DNA of 30,300 nt from a virus. Shown one piece after another: positions 17,094 to 25,821 of this stretch. The notes under the pieces were generated by a model, which worked only from the letters and a program-made list of their open reading frames with translations, had not been told where the DNA came from and searched no databases. Location of the stretch: UHGV virus genome UHGV-1280366; one strand, 5' to 3'. Position numbers and translations under genes: made by a program. Within the stretch, counting starts at the first letter, position 1, and each line of letters opens with the position of its first letter.

Positions 17094-17770
17094 GCGGCGT
17101 TTTCCTTAATTTGATGAACATTATTGATGCCGTAGTAATCACAAACAGTGGCATCGACGAAAGAGAGATCGTTATCAATCTCATTGGAGTCAAACATTCC
17201 CATTGGGGATTTAACAGTGTCTGCACCGTTGTTTTTTGTGGTGAAAAAGAACTGGTCATCGCGGGTAAGAGTGCGAAGAACTATAGTAAACATGCCTTCG
17301 ACAGTGATTTTCTCGTCCAGCATTTTGCCGATAGTCTTCATTTTCACGCGCCCCATAGGGGTTTCTTCGGTGTGCGCAAGAAAATAGACTCTCAGGTCAT
17401 CAGGTGCATCCTGTGCAGCCTTAATCACCTCCCATGCGTGGCGGCCTATCTCAGTAAATTTATCAAACGATTTTTCTTCTGAGCGGCGCATAAACTCATT
17501 GCTCATCACATACTGGAAGTCATCAACAATAACGATTCTTTTTCCGTATTCGTGAGCACGCTTAATTACAGCAACTATTACGTCCCATTTGTCAGTGGTA
17601 ACTACGGTTCCTTTTTTTGCTCTGGCATCCCATGCAAGCCAGTCTTTTGATTTAAATGGTAGCGGCTTGCCTATTGGTTTTATAAGTATTGCATCCTCTG
17701 GATTGATATTTCTCATGCTGGTTGATTTTCCGGTGCCAGACTCACCGAGTATTAATGTTGCAGTTCCCAT
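17090..17770 (-). CDS. Sak4-like RecA-fold ATPase (recombination/annealing module)
   Basis: Walker A GESGTGKST near the N-terminus and hhhhDD Walker B (IVIVDDFQ); size and position match Sak4-type proteins in lambdoid early-left operons. Confidence 0.7.
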   Translation of the reverse strand: MGTATLILGESGTGKSTSMRNINPEDAILIKPIGKPLPFKSKDWLAWDARAKKGTVVTTDKWDVIVAVIKRAHEYGKRIVIVDDFQYVMSNEFMRRSEEKSFDKFTEIGRHAWEVIKAAQDAPDDLRVYFLAHTEETPMGRVKMKTIGKMLDEKITVEGMFTIVLRTLTRDDQFFFTTKNNGADTVKSPMGMFDSNEIDNDLSFVDATVCDYYGINNVHQIKENAA

Positions 17771-17778
17771 AATTTTCC

Positions 17779-17967
17779 TCAGAATGGTAATTCGGATGGG
17801 GAGGAAAGAAACTCGCGCTCATTCATGCGCTCTCTTTGCGCCTGCCATAAACAAAGTTGTTTCTTTGATTTATCTCCCGCTTTACGCCAGTAACGAGCCT
17901 CAGCAATGTGATATTCTCTTTTTAATCTACTTAACTCTGGAGTTTTCGCCAGTTCTACCGGAATCAT
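17779..17967 (-). CDS. small hypothetical protein (62 aa)
   Basis: ATG 17967 with GGAGG RBS, abutting the kil-like stop. Confidence 0.4.
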   Translation of the reverse strand: MIPVELAKTPELSRLKREYHIAEARYWRKAGDKSKKQLCLWQAQRERMNEREFLSSPSELPF

Positions 17968-18077
17968 TTTGACCTCCATTTTCTGTAGGCTTCGACGGCC
18001 TCACGAAACATCTTTTCATCGCCAATAAAAGCGGCGATAGTGAATTTAGTCTGGATAGCCATAAGTGTTTTATCCAT
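17964..18077 (-). CDS. kil: Kil-like host-killing protein
   Basis: MDKTLMAIQTKFTIAAFIGDEKMFREAV... resembles lambda Kil as recalled; AGGAG RBS; sits immediately downstream of cIII as in lambda. Confidence 0.5.
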   Translation of the reverse strand: MDKTLMAIQTKFTIAAFIGDEKMFREAVEAYRKWRSK

Positions 18078-18210
18078 TTTTTGGGACTCCTGGCTGATTA
18101 AGTATGTCGATAAGGCGTTTCCACCCGTTACGTAATTTACGGGTGATTCGTTCAAGTAAAGATTCGGAAGGGCAGCCAGCAACAGGCCACCCTGCAATGG
18201 CATATTGCAT
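18070..18210 (-). CDS. cIII: CIII protease-inhibitor (stabilises CII)
   Basis: MQYAIAGWPVAGCPSESLLERITRKLRNGWKRLIDILNQPGVPKNG is near-identical to lambda CIII as recalled; AAGGAG RBS. Confidence 0.8.
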   Translation of the reverse strand: MQYAIAGWPVAGCPSESLLERITRKLRNGWKRLIDILNQPGVPKNG

Positions 18211-18270
18211 GGTGTGCTCCTTATTTATACATAACGAAAACGCCTCGAGTGAAGCGTTATTGGTATGCAT

Positions 18271-18294
18271 ATAAAAGGCCCTCAATCTGAGGGC
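18271..18294 (-). terminator. tL1-like rho-independent terminator between N and cIII
   Basis: GCCCTCA-gat-TGAGGGC hairpin followed on the minus strand by TTTTAT. Confidence 0.6.
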
Positions 18295-18387
18295 AAAGAA
18301 GATTTCCAATAATCAGAACAAGTCGGCTCCTGTTTAGTTACGAGCGACATTGCTCACATAGCAGACTCGTAAATCTGCTATAGGTGC

Positions 18388-18549
18388 TTATTCGCATCGC
18401 ATGACAACATCAAATTTTTCGAGATTACTTTGTCGCAACAATCCCTCTTCTACGCGGTCAGCTTTTCTATAATTATCAAATTCGAAATGTTTAATTACTT
18501 CTTTCGTTTCTCGCTCTATAACTTCAACGATGTATTTCTTATTCATCAT
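18388..18549 (-). CDS. small hypothetical protein (about 53 aa, MMNKKYIVEVIERETKEV...), not in the ORF track
   Basis: ATG with GGGGAAG RBS; between N and tL1 where lambdoid phages carry small genes such as ral. Confidence 0.35.
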   Translation of the reverse strand: MMNKKYIVEVIERETKEVIKHFEFDNYRKADRVEEGLLRQSNLEKFDVVMRCE

Positions 18550-18663
18550 TCTTCCCCAAGAGATTTGCTGATTGCTGACTGTGCTTTCGATACTTCATCA
18601 GGATAATGGTCATTCCAGTTTTGCTTGTATGCCTTGTTTAGCATCGCTTGCAGGGCATTCCTG

Positions 18664-18801
18664 TTATTTATCCCACCAAGTTCCGTATCTATCTATCCAG
18701 TTACACCAGTCATCGACACTCCATTTTGTTGTGTCGCATTTTGGCAACTGGCATGAATATCTACCTTCTTTGTAAAGTCGACGTTTGACTTTCTTGAGCA
18801 T
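18664..18801 (-). CDS. small Cys/Trp-rich hypothetical protein (45 aa), not in the ORF track
   Basis: ATG 18801 immediately after the N stop; open to TAA. Confidence 0.3.
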   Translation of the reverse strand: MLKKVKRRLYKEGRYSCQLPKCDTTKWSVDDWCNWIDRYGTWWDK

Positions 18802-18809
18802 GGCTCACC

Positions 18810-19115
18810 TCAATCGTAATAAGCCGGAATTGATTTTCCGCGTTGCTTCTGGCGGCCTGAGCAAGTCACCCCCATTTCACTGCGTGGCTTGCGGTAGTAA
18901 ATACGGTTCTGTTTACTCTCGACTTCTTCTGCCTTCTTGCAGCGAAGGCTTCCGAGTGAAGCTGCTTTGTCTGCTCTGACGCAACCGGAGAGCTTTAGCG
19001 CAATTTTTCGCGCCAGTCGCTGCTCTTGCATTGCCTGCTCACGTTGAGCCTGTCTGCGTGCTCTGCGGCGATTTCTGGCGTTATCGTCAGCCAGATATGT
19101 AATGACTACTGCCAT
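18810..19115 (-). CDS. N: antiterminator N (arginine-rich motif; phage-21-like)
   Basis: N-terminal ARM (NARNRRRARRQAQREQ); C-terminal ...ARKIALKLSGCVRADKAASLGSLRCKKAEEVE... matches phage 21 N as recalled; GGAGG RBS; downstream of nutL. Confidence 0.85.
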   Translation of the reverse strand: MAVVITYLADDNARNRRRARRQAQREQAMQEQRLARKIALKLSGCVRADKAASLGSLRCKKAEEVESKQNRIYYRKPRSEMGVTCSGRQKQRGKSIPAYYD

Positions 19116-19220
19116 GTTGACCTCCGATGATTGACTTTGGCGGTGACGCGCCGGGTGCTTATCTTCCGGTTGCCGTCGTGCAGCTGCACTTCACGTCACC
19201 CCAAAGCCAACTACTCTTTG

Positions 19221-19263
19221 GTTCCCGCATTTCGGCGGGACAATCCCATCAATGTTAAAGAGC
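19221..19263 (-). promoter_or_regulatory. nutL (boxA GCTCTTTAACA plus boxB hairpin TCCCGCCGAAATGCGGGA on the minus strand)
   Basis: boxA-like element 5' of a stem-loop; the boxB sequence is identical to that of nutR. Confidence 0.7.
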
Positions 19264-19299
19264 CTGCCAATCTGTTCCGTTTGGCTACCAGCGTCCTGC

Positions 19300-19380
19300 T
19301 GATGGCTTAAATTTAAGATCTCTTTAATTAATGGTCAAGAGTATTTTTGAAGAAAACTTAAATTTTCTTTCGTAACTTAA
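19300..19380 (-). promoter_or_regulatory. pL promoter with OL operators
   Basis: Minus strand: -35 TTGACC (19337-19332), 17-bp spacer, -10 TAAATT (19314-19309); overlapping ATTTAAG...CTTTAAT-type palindromes resembling P22-type operators. Confidence 0.6.
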
Positions 19381-19429
19381 GTTTGGCTTTGATTTTTAAA
19401 GGAAATAAAAAAAAGGGGCGAATGCCCCC

Positions 19430-20080
19430 TTATGGAAGGTTTGCTAGTTTTGCATCGACAACTACGCCGATGATTTTGCAGTTTCCGTTGATCTCGATCA
19501 TCGGATATTGTGGGTTAAGTGGTTTTAGAAACTTCCTGCCTGCATCAATAACTAACTTCTTGAAAGTTGCCTCGTTTTCTCCTTCGAGCTTTGCAACTAC
19601 CAGTTTCCCGTTACGCGGCTCTACTTCAGGATCGACAAGTATTATCATTCCTTCAGGGATACTGAGACCGGCCGGAGCCGTCATTGAGTCTCCCTTCACG
19701 TCCAACCAAAACGAATCTTCTGAACAGTCTACGGTTGTATCGTACCAGTTATCTATTGCACGCTTATGATATGGTTCTACAGCTTCCATCCAGCATCCTG
19801 CGCTCACCCAGCTAATCAGAGGGAATGACCCTCTTGGATCATGCCTACTGTGATAGGCAATGTTTGAAAGACTTTCCTCTCCTTTCATCAGATAGTCAGG
19901 GGAACACTTCAACGCATTAGCCAGGGCGAGAAGATTCTCTCCATTTGGCTCTGTCTCAGAGCGTTCCCACTGAGATATGGCAACATTAGACACGCCGACC
20001 ATCTTTCCAAGTGCGGCCTGCCTGATCTTGAGTTCTTTTCTCCGAGCGCGAATGCGCTCTCCCATCAATTGAGTTTTCAT
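19430..20080 (-). CDS. c2: c2/CI repressor (HTH plus LexA-like S24 autopeptidase domain)
   Basis: Protein is near-identical to P22 c2 as recalled (MKTQLMGERIRARR...VVDAKLANLP); Ala-Gly cleavage site and Ser/Lys peptidase domain. Confidence 0.95.
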   Translation of the reverse strand: MKTQLMGERIRARRKELKIRQAALGKMVGVSNVAISQWERSETEPNGENLLALANALKCSPDYLMKGEESLSNIAYHSRHDPRGSFPLISWVSAGCWMEAVEPYHKRAIDNWYDTTVDCSEDSFWLDVKGDSMTAPAGLSIPEGMIILVDPEVEPRNGKLVVAKLEGENEATFKKLVIDAGRKFLKPLNPQYPMIEINGNCKIIGVVVDAKLANLP

Positions 20081-20150
20081 AGTTAAGACATCTTAAATAA
20101 ACTTGACTTAAGATTCCTTTAGTGGATAATTTAAGTATTCTTTAATTTCG
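20081..20150. promoter_or_regulatory. OR operator region with pR (-35 TTGACT 20103-20108, -10 GATAAT 20125-20130); divergent pRM expected
   Basis: Three P22-type operator palindromes (e.g. AGTTAAGACATCTTAAAT, AATTTAAGTATTCTTTAATT) between c2 and cro; sigma-70 hexamers with 16-bp spacing. Confidence 0.65.
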
Positions 20151-20160
20151 GAGCGAGTCT

Positions 20161-20346
20161 ATGTACAAGAAAGATGTTATCGACCACTTCGGAACCCAGC
20201 GTGCTGTAGCTAAAGCGTTAGGCATTAGCGACGCAGCAGTCTCTCAGTGGAAGGAAGTCATCCCAGAGAAAGACGCCTATCGACTGGAAGTCGTTACAGC
20301 TGGCGCCCTGAAGTATCAAGAAAGCGCTTACCGCAAAGCGGCATAA
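20161..20346 (+). CDS. cro: Cro repressor
   Basis: MYKKDVIDHFGTQRAVAKALGISDAAVSQWKEVIPEKDAYRLE... matches P22 Cro as recalled; GGAG RBS. Confidence 0.9.
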   Translation: MYKKDVIDHFGTQRAVAKALGISDAAVSQWKEVIPEKDAYRLEVVTAGALKYQESAYRKAA

Positions 20347-20351
20347 GCAAA

Positions 20352-20397
20352 TTGCTCTTTAACAGTCATGGTCCTCATTCCCGCCGAAATGCGGGAA
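20352..20397 (+). promoter_or_regulatory. nutR (boxA TGCTCTTTAACA plus boxB hairpin TCCCGCCGAAATGCGGGA)
   Basis: Immediately downstream of the cro stop; same boxB as nutL. Confidence 0.7.
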
Positions 20398-20454
20398 TAC
20401 AACGCGCATAAGTTGATGCGCATAACTTCTTATTTGTTAAGGAAATACTTACAT

Positions 20455-20748
20455 ATGGTTCGTGCAAACAAACGCAACGAGGCTCTAAGAATCGAGAGTG
20501 CGTTGCTTAACAAAATCGCAATGCTTGGAACTGAGAAGACAGCGGAAGCTGTGGGAGTTGATAAGTCGCAGATCAGCAGGTGGAAGAGGGATTGGATTCC
20601 AAAGTTCTCAATGCTGCTTGCTGTTCTTGAATGGGGCGTCGTTGACGACGATATGGCTCGATTGGCACGACAAGTTGCTTCGATTCTCACCAATAAAAAA
20701 CGCCCGGCGGCAACCGAGCGTTCTGAACAAATCCAGATGGAGTTCTGA
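20455..20748 (+). CDS. cII: CII transcriptional activator
   Basis: [97 protein letters not shown] is essentially lambda CII as recalled; the track ORF from 20368 is an upstream extension across nutR. Confidence 0.9.
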   Translation: MVRANKRNEALRIESALLNKIAMLGTEKTAEAVGVDKSQISRWKRDWIPKFSMLLAVLEWGVVDDDMARLARQVASILTNKKRPAATERSEQIQMEF

Positions 20749-20780
20749 GGTCATTACTGGATCTATCAACAGGAGTCATT

Positions 20781-20927
20781 ATGACAAAACAACTCAGTCC
20801 TTACCAGGACAAAATTCACAAACACATACTACGTGATCGCTTCCTGTCCAGCTTCAAGCAGCCTGGTCGATTCCGGGCTGAGTTGGAAAAAGTGAAGCTG
20901 ATGCAGAAGGAGAAAGGTCATGAGTAA
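20781..20927 (+). CDS. small ORF (48 aa) between cII and O, possibly P22 orf48-like
   Basis: ATG with AGGAG RBS; stop overlaps the O start region; not in the ORF track (under 60 aa). Confidence 0.4.
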   Translation: MTKQLSPYQDKIHKHILRDRFLSSFKQPGRFRAELEKVKLMQKEKGHE

Positions 20928-21780
20928 TCTTGCAACCGTAACACATTTAAGGCCTTCACAACGGCCTGTGGAGCGTCGTGTGGCAGAAGTTGAAGATGGT
21001 TATACCCGTCTTGCAAATGCCCTGTATGAAGAGCTTATCGGCGCAGATTTAACGAAAAATCAGAGCAAGGTTGCCCACGCCATATGCCGTAAAACATACG
21101 GCTACGGTAAAAAGATGGATCGCATCTCTGATAGTCAGTTAGCTCAAATTACCAGGCTGCCAAGACAGAAGGTAAATAAGGCCAAGAATGAGCTTATCGC
21201 GATGAAGGTTATCCTTCGCGAAGGCCAGCAAATCGGGCCTAACAAGAACATCGAGGAATGGCAAATAGAAGGGTGTCACTACTCTGGTGATAATGTCACT
21301 GCATTGGTGACAAAAAGTGTCACCAAAACGGTGACAGCGCTGTCACCAAAACAGGGACACACAAAAGAAACTATTACAAAAGAAAAAAGAAATAATAAAA
21401 ACACTATGTCCGAAAGTGTTCGGACGGAGTGTGAAAAATCACATGACCGTCACGAAGAAACCGACAAGGCATTCGAGGAAATATTCTGGTGTGCAGGCAT
21501 GCGGAAAGCCGGGAAGAAAAACGCAGCTTCGGCATTCAGAACACAGTTCAGGGAATGGCGTAAAACTACCAGGGGTACGGCAAGAGAGTTTGCCACGATG
21601 CTGGCAGAAGACATCGCATGCAGGAATGGTAAGCAGTTCGGATTCGACAGGTTGTTACCATCGAGCTACCTGAACGGTCAACGCTGGAACGACGAGAAGC
21701 CAGAAACTATTCAACCACAATCCAAACCATCATCCGCAATCACCGTATCGAAAACTGGCTACGTGTTTTTCGACAGGTGA
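20920..21780 (+). CDS. O: replication initiator O-like protein with divergent C-terminal domain
   Basis: N-terminal 110 aa resemble lambda O ([14 protein letters not shown]...DLTKNQSKV...[18 protein letters not shown]...GPNKNIEEW); the gene contains the ori iterons; the C-terminal half is unlike the lambda P-interaction domain. Confidence 0.85.
   Translation: MSNLATVTHLRPSQRPVERRVAEVEDGYTRLANALYEELIGADLTKNQSKVAHAICRKTYGYGKKMDRISDSQLAQITRLPRQKVNKAKNELIAMKVILREGQQIGPNKNIEEWQIEGCHYSGDNVTALVTKSVTKTVTALSPKQGHTKETITKEKRNNKNTMSESVRTECEKSHDRHEETDKAFEEIFWCAGMRKAGKKNAASAFRTQFREWRKTTRGTAREFATMLAEDIACRNGKQFGFDRLLPSSYLNGQRWNDEKPETIQPQSKPSSAITVSKTGYVFFDR
21273..21400. repeat. origin of replication: iterons (GGTGACA / TGTCACC palindromic repeats) followed by AT-rich tract
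   Basis: Repeated tgtcac/gtgaca units at 21273-21350 then an A-rich stretch 21361-21400, inside the O gene as in lambda ori. Confidence 0.65.
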
Positions 21781-21887
21781 ACCATGAAATCAAAAATCAA
21801 ATCGCTACTGGTCGCTGGTTATAACCACGGTTGGTTAAGTATTTCGTTTGTCGATTTCTGGTTTAAAAATCTCAATCTGAGGGAATC

Positions 21888-23768
21888 ATGACGCCAAGTG
21901 AACTCAGCGACCTGCTTTGGGCGCAGGTTGACAGGGTGGCTCCGCACCTGTTGCCAAACGGCAAGAAAGAGGGGCATGAGTGGGTTGCCGGTAACGTCAA
22001 CGGCGACAAGGGAAACAGCCTTAAGGTCAACCTTAGCGGCAAGAAAAAATGGGCTGATTTCGCTGAGGGAGACGGCGGTGACATGCTTGATTTATGGATG
22101 GCATGTCGTGGAATTAACCTGCATCAGGCTATGCAGGAAGCGAAAGCATTTCTCGGTATCAAGGATGACGATCACCATTTCGATGCCAGACGTGAGAAGA
22201 AATTCTCCAGACCTGACCGCAAGAAAATCGCCCGCTACGTTACCAGAACAGAATCCCATCTTGAGTACCTGCAATCGCGTGGCATATCTCCAGAAATCGT
22301 AAAGCGCTACGAGGTTGTCAGCGGCAAGGTGTGGAATGGAGAGCGAGAACTGGATGCTCTGGTGATTCCGTACAAACGCGATGGTGAGTTGTTGCAGGTC
22401 AAGCGAATCAGCACTGAGCGCCCGGACGGGAAGAAAGTCATTATGGCAGAAGGTGATTGCGAACCTTGTCTGTTCGGATGGCAGGCTCTGGACGCTGGCG
22501 TGAGGGCGGTTGTACTTTGCGAAGGCGAAATTGATTGTATGAGCTATGCGCAATACGGCATCTCGGCGTTATCCGTGCCGTTTGGTGGCGGGAAAGGCGC
22601 TAAGCAACAGTGGATTGAGTTTGAGTATCACAACCTCGACAGGTTTGAGGAAATATTCATCTCGATGGACGTTGATGATGTTGGTCGTGAAGCCGCAAGG
22701 GAAATCGCAAGCCGACTCGGTGAACATCGTTGCCGTCTTGTTACTCTGCCGTACAAAGACATCAACGAATGCCTGATGAACGGTGTTACCGAGGATGAAA
22801 TCTGGCAGTACATCGGCACGGCATCCTACTTCGATCCTGAAGAACTCTACAGCGCGCGAGAGTTTTACCAGGACACTATCAACGCTTTCTACGGCAAGCA
22901 GCAGTATCTGTTTAATCCACCGTGGGAATCTCTGGCAGATAAATTCCAGTTCCGTGAGGCCGAGTTGACGCTGGTCAATGGTGTGAACGGTCACGGAAAA
23001 ACGGAGGTTGTCGGGCATATGGCACTTGAGGCAATGCGTCAGGGGGTGAAGACGTGCATCGCGTCACTTGAGCTGAAGCCTGGTATTCTCCTTAAGCGCC
23101 TTACCCGTCAGGCGACGTGCTGCAAGATGCCGCCAGTGCTGGAAATTGACTCTGCATTTAAATTTTATGACGAAAGACTTTGGGTGTTTGGCCTGACCGG
23201 AACGGCGAAAGCCGACAGGCTGATCGAAATATTCGACTACGCTCGCCGCCGATACGGGATCCAGTTATTCATCATCGACAGCCTGATGAAATGTGGCATA
23301 GGCGACGATGACTATAACGGGCAGAAGGCGTTTGTTGACTCGATTTGCGACTTCAAAAACAAAACAAACTCCCACGTCATTCTCGTTACTCACTCGCGAA
23401 AAGGAGACAGCGAAGAAAAACCAACCGGGAAAATGGACGTAAAAGGCTCTGGAGCGATAACAGACCTGACAGACAACCTTTTCATCATCTGGCGTAACAA
23501 GGCTCGCGAGAGAGCGTTACAGAGAGTTCAGAGTGGTGAAAAGATGTCAGAGAAGGACGAACAGCTACTGGCATCTCCGGCATCTGTTTTGATGCTTGAA
23601 AAACAACGTAACGGCGAAGGTTGGGAAGGTGGTGTCCCGTTGTTCCTTGACGAGCAATCGCACCAGTTCCTGCAACTTGAATCAGGATCGCCATATAGCT
23701 ACATCGCCAATATGCCGAAATCGGAATATGACGAGTCGTGGCGACAGGAAAACGTGACGGAGTATTAA
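21888..23768 (+). CDS. bifunctional DNA primase (TOPRIM) / DnaB-family helicase
   Basis: TOPRIM-like motif (VVLCEGEIDCMS), Walker A GVNGHGKT and Walker B LFIIDSL; the N-terminal region resembles a primase zinc-binding domain but lacks the cysteines. Confidence 0.8.
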   Translation: MTPSELSDLLWAQVDRVAPHLLPNGKKEGHEWVAGNVNGDKGNSLKVNLSGKKKWADFAEGDGGDMLDLWMACRGINLHQAMQEAKAFLGIKDDDHHFDARREKKFSRPDRKKIARYVTRTESHLEYLQSRGISPEIVKRYEVVSGKVWNGERELDALVIPYKRDGELLQVKRISTERPDGKKVIMAEGDCEPCLFGWQALDAGVRAVVLCEGEIDCMSYAQYGISALSVPFGGGKGAKQQWIEFEYHNLDRFEEIFISMDVDDVGREAAREIASRLGEHRCRLVTLPYKDINECLMNGVTEDEIWQYIGTASYFDPEELYSAREFYQDTINAFYGKQQYLFNPPWESLADKFQFREAELTLVNGVNGHGKTEVVGHMALEAMRQGVKTCIASLELKPGILLKRLTRQATCCKMPPVLEIDSAFKFYDERLWVFGLTGTAKADRLIEIFDYARRRYGIQLFIIDSLMKCGIGDDDYNGQKAFVDSICDFKNKTNSHVILVTHSRKGDSEEKPTGKMDVKGSGAITDLTDNLFIIWRNKARERALQRVQSGEKMSEKDEQLLASPASVLMLEKQRNGEGWEGGVPLFLDEQSHQFLQLESGSPYSYIANMPKSEYDESWRQENVTEY

Positions 23769-23797
23769 ATGACCATCTACATCACTGAGCTAATAAC

Positions 23798-23830
23798 AGG
23801 CCTGCTGGTAATCGCAGGCCTTTTTATTTT
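23798..23830 (+). terminator. rho-independent terminator (tR2-like) before the nin region
   Basis: AGGCCTGC-tggtaatc-GCAGGCCT stem followed by TTTTTATTTT. Confidence 0.65.
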
Positions 23831-23845
23831 GGGGAGAGGGAAGTC

Positions 23846-24286
23846 ATGAAAAAACTAACCTTTGAAATTCGATCTCCAGCACATCAGCAAAACGCTATTC
23901 ACGCAGTACAGCAAATCCTTCCAGACCCAACCAAACCAATCGTAGTAACCATTCAGGAACGCAACCGCAGCTTAGACCAAAACAGGAAGCTATGGGCCTG
24001 CTTAGGTGACGTCTCTCGTCAGGTTGAATGGCATGGTCGCTGGCTGGATGCAGAAAGCTGGAAGTGTGTGTTTACCGCAGCATTAAAGCAGCAGGATGTT
24101 GTTCCTAACCTTGCCGGGAATGGCTTTGTGGCAATAGGCCAGTCAACCAGCAGGATGCGTGTAAGCGAATTTGCGGAGCTATTAGAGCTTATACAGGCAT
24201 TCGGTACAGAGCGTGGCGTTAAGTGGTCAGACGAAGCGCGACTGGCTCTGGAGTGGAAAGCGCGATGGGGAGATCGGGCTGCATGA
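23846..24286 (+). CDS. ninB: NinB (Orf) recombination mediator
   Basis: Near-identical to lambda NinB as recalled (MKKLTFEIRSPAHQQNAIHAVQQILPDPTKPIVVTIQERNRSLDQNRKLWACL...). Confidence 0.9.
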   Translation: MKKLTFEIRSPAHQQNAIHAVQQILPDPTKPIVVTIQERNRSLDQNRKLWACLGDVSRQVEWHGRWLDAESWKCVFTAALKQQDVVPNLAGNGFVAIGQSTSRMRVSEFAELLELIQAFGTERGVKWSDEARLALEWKARWGDRAA

Positions 24287-24810
24287 CTATCAAATCAAAT
24301 ACGCCAGCACACGACAAGGACTGCTGGCAAACGCCGCTTTGGCTTTTTGATGCACTGGATATTGAATTTGGATTCTGGCTGGATTCGGCAGCGAGCGACA
24401 AAAATGCTCTGTGCGCTCACTGGCTAACTGAGGCTGACGACGCGCTAAATTCTGAGTGGATAAGCCACGGTGCAATCTGGAATAACCCACCGTACAGCAA
24501 TATCAGGCCGTGGGTGGAAAAAGCCGCTGAGCAGTGCATACAACAGCGACAGACGGTAGTTATGCTTGTGCCAGAGGATATGTCAGTCGGATGGTTCAGC
24601 AAGGCTCTGGAGAGTGTCGACGAAGTTCGCATTATCACTGATGGACGGATTAATTTTATCGAACCATCGACAGGGCTGGAGAAGAAGGGAAACAGCAAAG
24701 GCTCCATGCTGCTGATTTGGCGACCGTTCATCAGTCCTCGACGGATGTTTACTACCGTATCCAAAGCGGCATTGATGGCGATCGGGCAGGGCGTCAGGAG
24801 GGCGGCATGA
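24283..24810 (+). CDS. dam: phage DNA N6-adenine methyltransferase (Dam family)
   Basis: [13 protein letters not shown]...FDLD-like N-terminal motif and NPPY catalytic motif; ATGA overlap with the ninB stop; sits where lambda has ninC. Confidence 0.8.
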   Translation: MTIKSNTPAHDKDCWQTPLWLFDALDIEFGFWLDSAASDKNALCAHWLTEADDALNSEWISHGAIWNNPPYSNIRPWVEKAAEQCIQQRQTVVMLVPEDMSVGWFSKALESVDEVRIITDGRINFIEPSTGLEKKGNSKGSMLLIWRPFISPRRMFTTVSKAALMAIGQGVRRAA

Positions 24811-24983
24811 GACGACAGCGACGAAGTTTCACCGACATCATCTGCGAAAACTGCAAATACCTTCCAACGAAGCGCTCCAGAAATAAACCCAAGCCAATCC
24901 CAAAAGAATCTGACGTAAAAACCTTCAACTACACGGCTCACCTGTGGGATATCCGGTGGCTAAGACATCGTGCGAGGAAATGA
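24807..24983 (+). CDS. ninE: NinE
   Basis: [53 protein letters not shown] matches lambda NinE as recalled; ATGA overlap with dam. Confidence 0.8.
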   Translation: MRRQRRSFTDIICENCKYLPTKRSRNKPKPIPKESDVKTFNYTAHLWDIRWLRHRARK

Positions 24984-25387
24984 CAATGCTTTTAATTCAA
25001 CCTGGATTTGGCCTTAGCATCAAAAAAGGGCACATGTTTGGCGAGAAAGAGTCTCAACGAAAAATGGTGTCGATACAGTTGCCATTTATCAGTATTTGTT
25101 GGCTAAACAGGGAGGCAACAAATTATTGGTATACATGCGCCAGAGCAGCATTTAACGACCCTGACTGGTTTGTGAATAACCACCACGCAGTTCGTCAGGC
25201 AAAGAGAAAGGCCAATACGACATACATGAAGGCGTATCGAAAAGCATGGAAAGAACACCGGGATCGATACCAGCAAGACATGGAAAAGCTTGAATCAGAA
25301 AACATGGAATTAAGACGAAAGCTTGGTGAAGCAAAACGAGACATTGATGCTTACAAGCGACTTTTTAATGGTGAAAGCCATGCTTAG
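24980..25387 (+). CDS. hypothetical nin-region protein (NinX-like by position)
   Basis: ORF between ninE and ninF; track start is GTG, ATG 24980/24986 with GAGGAA RBS; its 3' part lies inside the duplicated unit. Confidence 0.5.
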   Translation: MTMLLIQPGFGLSIKKGHMFGEKESQRKMVSIQLPFISICWLNREATNYWYTCARAAFNDPDWFVNNHHAVRQAKRKANTTYMKAYRKAWKEHRDRYQQDMEKLESENMELRRKLGEAKRDIDAYKRLFNGESHA

Positions 25388-25556
25388 CCCATCCCAATCC
25401 CTTCAATACCAGAAAGAAAGCGTCGAGCGGGCTTTAACGTGCGCTAACTGCGGTCAGAAGCTGCATGTGCTGGAAGTTCACGTGTGTGAGCACTGCTGCG
25501 CAGAACTGATGAGCGATCCGAATAGCTCAATGTACGAGGAAGAAGACGATGAGTGA
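25380..25556 (+). CDS. ninF: NinF (copy 1)
   Basis: [58 protein letters not shown] matches lambda NinF as recalled. Confidence 0.8.
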   Translation: MLSPSQSLQYQKESVERALTCANCGQKLHVLEVHVCEHCCAELMSDPNSSMYEEEDDE

Positions 25557-25671
25557 TTACCTGAAATGGTATCTCTGCCACCGCTGGTTAATTAAGTTTG
25601 CTGTAAAAGACTGGATGACAGCGGATGCCAACAAGCTTAAGCAAAGAGAAAGGCCAATACGACATACATGA
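25549..25671 (+). pseudogene. truncated chimeric copy of the 70-aa gene created by the duplication junction (MSDYLK...[14 protein letters not shown])
   Basis: Same start context as 25991-26203 but the frame runs across the junction into a new stop after 40 codons. Confidence 0.45.
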
Positions 25672-25821
25672 AGGCGTATCGAAAAGCATGGAAAGAACAC
25701 CGGGATCGATACCAGCAAGACATGGAAAAGCTTGAATCAGAAAACATGGAATTAAGACGAAAGCTTGGTGAAGCAAAACGAGACATTGATGCTTACAAGC
25801 GACTTTTTAATGGTGAAAGCC

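Noticed and set aside
17964-18309. 79-aa ORFs as given in the track for the cIII and kil regions
   Set aside because: The N-terminal extensions run through the tL1 terminator and lack RBS; trimmed to internal ATG starts with AGGAG RBS matching lambda CIII and Kil.
19383-19769. 128-aa ORF on the + strand overlapping the c2 repressor gene
   Set aside because: Antisense to the well-supported c2 gene and begins in the pL/OL operator region.
20368-20454. N-terminal extension of cII as given in the track (126 aa)
   Set aside because: The extension covers the nutR boxB hairpin and precedes the canonical cII start with its own context.
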